Shown piece by piece: positions 59,209-64,000 of a DNA stretch of 64,000 nt. A model generated the notes under the pieces. It was given only the letters and a program-made list of their open reading frames with translations, searched no databases and was not told where the DNA came from. This DNA is from Ranitomeya imitator. Lineage: Eukaryota. The position numbers and the translations under genes were made by a program. Position 1 is the first letter of the stretch. Each line of letters opens with the position of its first letter. Location of the stretch: the NCBI RefSeq assembly GCF_032444005.1, contig NC_091284.1:608592001-608656000 (forward strand). Reading direction: 5' to 3'.

Positions 59209-60679
59209 TATATTTATATTGAGAGAGACTGGAAATACATTTGGTATCAGTTGCTGTCATGTCCTTTTAAGTTATATTCTTGCTTTTCATTTTTTTTATT
59301 ACAAAAATAATTTAAATGCATGTAGTTTTTGGTTAAAAAAAAAAAATTGGATTGAAATTAATAAAAAAATATATACCGTATAAAGGGGTAAAATAAATCA
59401 AATCACCCAATGAAGTTCATTGCAAAGTGGCTATCAAACCTCTAGCTTTCTCCAGGCTTTCTTATTGTCACATCTGTGCTTGGGTCTCGAATTCTGAAGG
59501 TGTTTACTCCATGTTTACTTTTCATTTGTAGAAGAATGTTTGTGCAGCTCGGAAGTTGTCTAAACGTGTTTGCGACTTATGGTGTGGTCACCAATATGGG
59601 CAGAGCAGGGACGGGGACTGGCTGAGCTGGACCATAGAATTCATGACCAGTTATGCTGGAAATGTACTCCAGTTGCAACTTGGAGTGAAGTACTGCCAGA
59701 AGCGTACGTCACTTGTAACGTGCCAAATTCATTAAATGGCGTGTGCTTATTAATTGGGTGCATCTTACTCCAGCAGTCCCATTTATTAAGACTGGCATGC
59801 ATAACATCAGTCTTAAAGGGGTTGCACACTACTTGGACAAGTCCTTCTTAATCACCATAGATACCTCTAGTAAAATATCAGCTATACTCTCCACCAGTGC
59901 CTGCTCCGTTCCAATGATATCAGCGCCTGCTCTCCCAGGACTTGCATGACATTGTCACGTGAGCCCTGCAGCCAATCAGCAGCCGCTTAACTCTCTCTTC
60001 CTTCAGATAAAACTGACACCTGGAAAAAGAGCTGCTGCTCTGACTTCCTCCAGTGACGGCCAATGGTAGAGAGATTGAAGAGGCCGCTGATTGGCTGCAG
60101 GGCTCATGTGACAATGTCATGCAAGTTCTGAGAGATCAGCTGCTGACATCGCTGGAATGACACCAGAGGACGCAGAATGGGGCGTCTGAGTAGAGAACAG
60201 CCCCTTTAATGAATTGGGACCTTGGTGTCTATGTAATTCTGTCTGCAGAGGGGGCGAGTGCTCACTTTAAAGGCGAGGATATCCGGCACGCTGCGGCAGA
60301 CAGGATCCATACTCCAATACATATGGTGCACGACAATAAGAAAAGCCTGCAGAAAGCTAGGGATTTGGGGAGCACTTTGGTTATATTTTTTAACAAGCAA
60401 CAAGATGAGTTGGCTAATGAAGTCAATACAAACTTAATAACTTTCCATGCTGTGGACACTAAATAAAAAATAGTTGTTTTAAGCTGGATGAACAATATTG
60501 ACTTGCCTGAATATCCTAGGATAAGCGCTAATGTAGTCACAAGTAATGGTTATGTAGCTGTTAATGTAGTGCATTATTCCATGGAGTATTTTACTGTCAT
60601 TGCTTTCCATTTTAATTTTTTTTTCATTTGTTTCCGTTTTGTTCGTTTTCCCATGCATGTGCAAAATGCCTTTCCTCAG

Positions 60680-60799
60680 GCCCCTTTGTATTTCCTGTAG
60701 GCCCTGTATATCCTAATTTTTTGAACCACCGAGAGCAGGCTCTAGCCAGACTAAGAGCTCTACCAGCACAGCTAAAGCATAAGCGGGACAAGAAAAAAG
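60680..60799 (+). CDS. MYCBP2: MYCBP2 exon: GPFVFPVGPVYPNFLNHREQALARLRALPAQLKHKRDKKK (last exon found in window)
   Basis: tttcctcag/gtattt, 120 nt, phase 1/1; NHREQALARLR...QLKHKRDK recognised from vertebrate MYCBP2. A second in-frame acceptor sits at 60700. Confidence 0.9.
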
Positions 60800-62543
60800 G
60801 TATTTAGTCTTCCTTTCGCACTGGAGAGGAAAATGGAAAACCCCAGTCCTTTCTTGAACTCACTCACTTGTTCTTGCACCTTGATCTTTCCACTGGGGTG
60901 AATGTCTCACCAATGGCTTACTTGGATCTTCTCAGGTCGTATTATTTACAGCAGATATGATGCGTGTCCCTCCTCCTAAAGTCGTCTGTTCATTTCTACG
61001 TTTTCCTTTCCCGTCAGAAGGTTCCCGGCTGGTTAGGCTTGCGAAGCTGAGCTCTTTGGTCGCTCTAATATTGGGTGTGGTACCATTTTTGTATAACCTT
61101 TACATTAATGATGCGATGCGTTAATGATCTCATAAACTATAGTTAGAATAGCGCTGTCTAATGGTCTTAGAGGTTGTACCACGAACAAAAGCACATTTTG
61201 ACCAATAGATCTGGCAATATTAGTATGTATGTAGCTGTGTGATAAAACAGAGGCATCCAATTGTATAACTTCTTAATATTTTAAGATCTATAAGGTATGT
61301 CCATACATGCTGGTTGTGCCGGCGCATTTAACAAAAAAACAACATAAAAAAAGTTGTATCAAAAGTGGATGCTTGGTTTCTAGTCTTGGATTTCTCCAGA
61401 AAGTGTTTCGGTAATGCTGCAGTCATCGGCCATGTATCCGATGGTATACGCTTGTGGTTACTCAGTCTGTTGCTGTTAGCGCTGATCAGACATTATAAAC
61501 CTTCATACACATTTGACTATAAAGTTGGCCCAATAATCCAATGTTTTCAGGATTGACTGACAATTTAATATTTGAGGACCTCCCGACTCTTCCCCGACAG
61601 ATGATTTTAGGGGAGATAGTGGTCTGGTACATTGGCCTTTTTATCCTCCTGGAAATAAGCTGCTGTCAGAGGAGCCTGGCAGTGGCTTTCTCATAGAGGG
61701 CACAGGAGCACTTTGCTGAGCTTGAGTATCCCTCTGTATGGGGGATTCAAGGAAGAGGGCTGTCAGTTGAATAATCAGCCGACTGATGGGTATCTAATGT
61801 GTATGGAGGGCAAAAACCGTGTGCGTGGACGTGTCCCTCTAACTAAAGGATGACCACACCCAGTTGTCAATATTATTCATACATATCTAAGAGAAAGAAC
61901 AGAGGAATAGCACAACACACAAGGAGGGCAATTCCAAATTATTTATATAGGCAAGATAGGCATTTACTAAAACAGAGGGGTCCGGAATCCTTTCCTAATA
62001 TTAGATAAATTCAGTGGTGGAATACGTCTTACTGTGTGGTCTTTTGTATCATACCTGATGTGGGGCAAGGAACAAGTAAAGACCTATCTATGGCAAAGAG
62101 GATGTTATATGGTTTAGTACAGCAAAACATAGTGTGTGACAGGTGTCCGCCGCAGGTGTGACAACACCTTGTTCATCCTTACCCTGGAGCATGAGACAGC
62201 GATTCCCTCCTATACATATAGCTCAGTCATTTATTACCGCCCATTTGTTCTCCACACACCAATCCTCCCATTGTCTGCAATAGAAGCATGCTGGGTTATA
62301 GCTGATGCAACAGAGATGCATTTACATCTGACTTACATTGGCCTTTACTACCATGCTATGAATGATTTTTCCATGGTTAGGAAGCCTGATTTGTGGGAAA
62401 GGACAGCGGCTGGATGAGATTTTCTAGTGGGGTCTTGTACTAAGGAGAATGACTGACTACATACTATTGCCATAGCAACAGCAGAAAGTCATTTTTCTCA
62501 AGCTGTCATTCTCTGCACTGATAGTGAAGGAAATCATTGCTAC

Positions 62544-62685
62544 TAGCGATGAGCAAGTGTGCTTGTTACTCGAGTTTTCCGAGTACAATACAAGTACAAT
62601 ACATCTCCGAGCACGCCCAAAATACTCAGAGACCACCCGAGCATGGTCGGAAATCTCGAGTAACGAGCACACTTGCTCATCATTA
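62544..62685. mobile_element. hAT-type MITE
   Basis: tagcgatgagcaagtgtgct...agcacacttgctcatcatta; 8-bp TSD ATTGCTAC/ATTGCTAT. Confidence 0.8.
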
Positions 62686-62699
62686 ATTGCTATCTCTCC

Positions 62700-64000
62700 C
62701 ACTATCCAGGGGATTAGCGTACGGTCTGTGCTCACTATCAGTATCCAGGGCCAGGGGAATAGCGTACAGTCCGTGCTGACTACCAGTACCCAGGGCCAGA
62801 AGAATAGCGTACAGTCCGGGCTCACTGCCACTATCCAGGGCCAGGGGAATAGCGTACAGTCCGTGCTGACTGCCATTATCCAGGCCCAGGGGAATAGCGT
62901 ACAGTACGTGCTCACTGCCACTATCCAGGGCCAGGGGAATAGGGTACAGTCCGTGCTGACTGCCAGTATCCAGGCCCAGGGGAATAGGGTACAGTCCGTG
63001 CTCACTGCCACTATCCAGGGCCAGGGGAATAGCGTACAGTGCGTGCTGACTGCCATTATCCAGGCCCAGGGGAATAGCGTACAGTACATGCTCACTGCCA
63101 CTATCCAGAGCCAGGGGAATAGCGTATAGTCCTTGCTCACTACCAGTATCCAGGGCCAGGGGAATAGCATATAGTCCGTGCTCACAACCAGTATCCAGGG
63201 CCAGGGGAATAGGGTACAGTCCGTGCTGACTGCCAGTATCCAGGCCCAGGGGAATAGCGTACAGTCAGTGCTCACTTCCACTATCCAGGGCCAGGGGAAT
63301 AGCGTACAGTGCGTGCTCACTGTTATTATCCAGGGCCAGGGGAATAGCGTACAGTCCGTGCTTACTGCCCACTATCCAGGGCCAGGGGAATAGCGTACAG
63401 TGCGTGCTCACTGCCATTATCCAGGGCCAGGGGAATAGCGTACAGTCCGTGCTCACTGCCCACTATCCAGGGCCAGGGGAATAGCGTACAGTGCGTGCTG
63501 ACTGCCATTATCCAGGGCCAGGGGAATAGCGTACAGTCAGTGTTGACTGCCGCTATCGAGAGCCAGGGGAATAGCGTATAGTCCGTGCTCACTACCAGTA
63601 TCCAGCGCCAGGGGAATAGCATATAGTCCGTGCTCACAACCAGTATCCAGCGCCAGGGGAATAGCGTACAGTCCGTGCTCACTACCAGTACCCAGGGCCA
63701 GGGGAATAGCGTACAGTCCGTGCTCACTACCAGTATCCAGGGCCAGTGGAATAGCGTACAGTCCGTGCTCACTACCAGTATCCAGGGCCAGGGGAATATC
63801 GTACAGTCTGTGCTCACTGCCATTATCCAGGGCCAGGGGAATAGCGTACAGTCCGTGCTCACTACCAGTATCCAGGGCCAGTGGAATAGCGTACAGTCCG
63901 TGCTCAATACCAGTATCCAGGGCCAGGGGAATAGCGTACAGTTCCTGCTCACTACCAGTATCCAGGGCCAGGGGAATAGCGTACAGTCCGTGCTCACTAC
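62700..64000. repeat. 45-bp minisatellite, about 29 units, running off the window end
   Basis: Unit cagtatccagggccaggggaatagcgtacagtccgtgctcactac; 15-aa periodic ORFs. Confidence 0.95.

Noticed and set aside
59532-59566. Acceptor-like tttcatttgtag with short downstream segment
   Set aside because: Stop codon in the required phase after 10 codons and no convincing donor.
61018-61074. Possible 57-nt frame-preserving exon (EGSRLVRLAKLSSLVALIL)
   Set aside because: Good acceptor but a weak donor (TGG|GTGTGG), and the peptide is not recognised. It needs RNA evidence.
62457-63997. Long ORFs with 15-aa repeats (STDCTLFPWPWILVV / TIQGQGNSVQSVLTA)
   Set aside because: They are translations of a 45-bp minisatellite, with no splice or homology support.

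Overview
Vertebrate genomic DNA, most likely an anuran (frog) judging by the repeat landscape; this assignment is inferred. The window covers the 5' part of MYCBP2 (PHR/Highwire E3 ligase) on the + strand. I could chain 16 GT-AG coding exons in one frame from 13829 to 60799, running through the N-terminal region and the RCC1-like domain. By memory these are roughly exons 3-18 in human numbering. A candidate 27-nt frame-preserving microexon lies at 56280-56306. The introns are dense with nested transposons: two decayed DIRS1-type tyrosine-recombinase retrotransposons, a DD36E Tc1 transposase pseudogene, Penelope-like fragments, a 4.6-kb piggyBac-like non-autonomous element carrying TTAGGG arrays and a ~390-bp satellite, many PIF/Harbinger, hAT and TTAA-type MITEs, Helitron-like minisatellite carriers, a solo LTR and L2-like tails. 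The strongest second-look items are a minimal type I hammerhead ribozyme fold on the MYCBP2 sense strand (4888-4930), the microexon with a downstream cluster of three TGCATG motifs, transposon-borne interstitial telomeric repeats, and the DD36E transposase. Four N-gaps hide element termini. All homology calls come from reading and memory; no searches were run.
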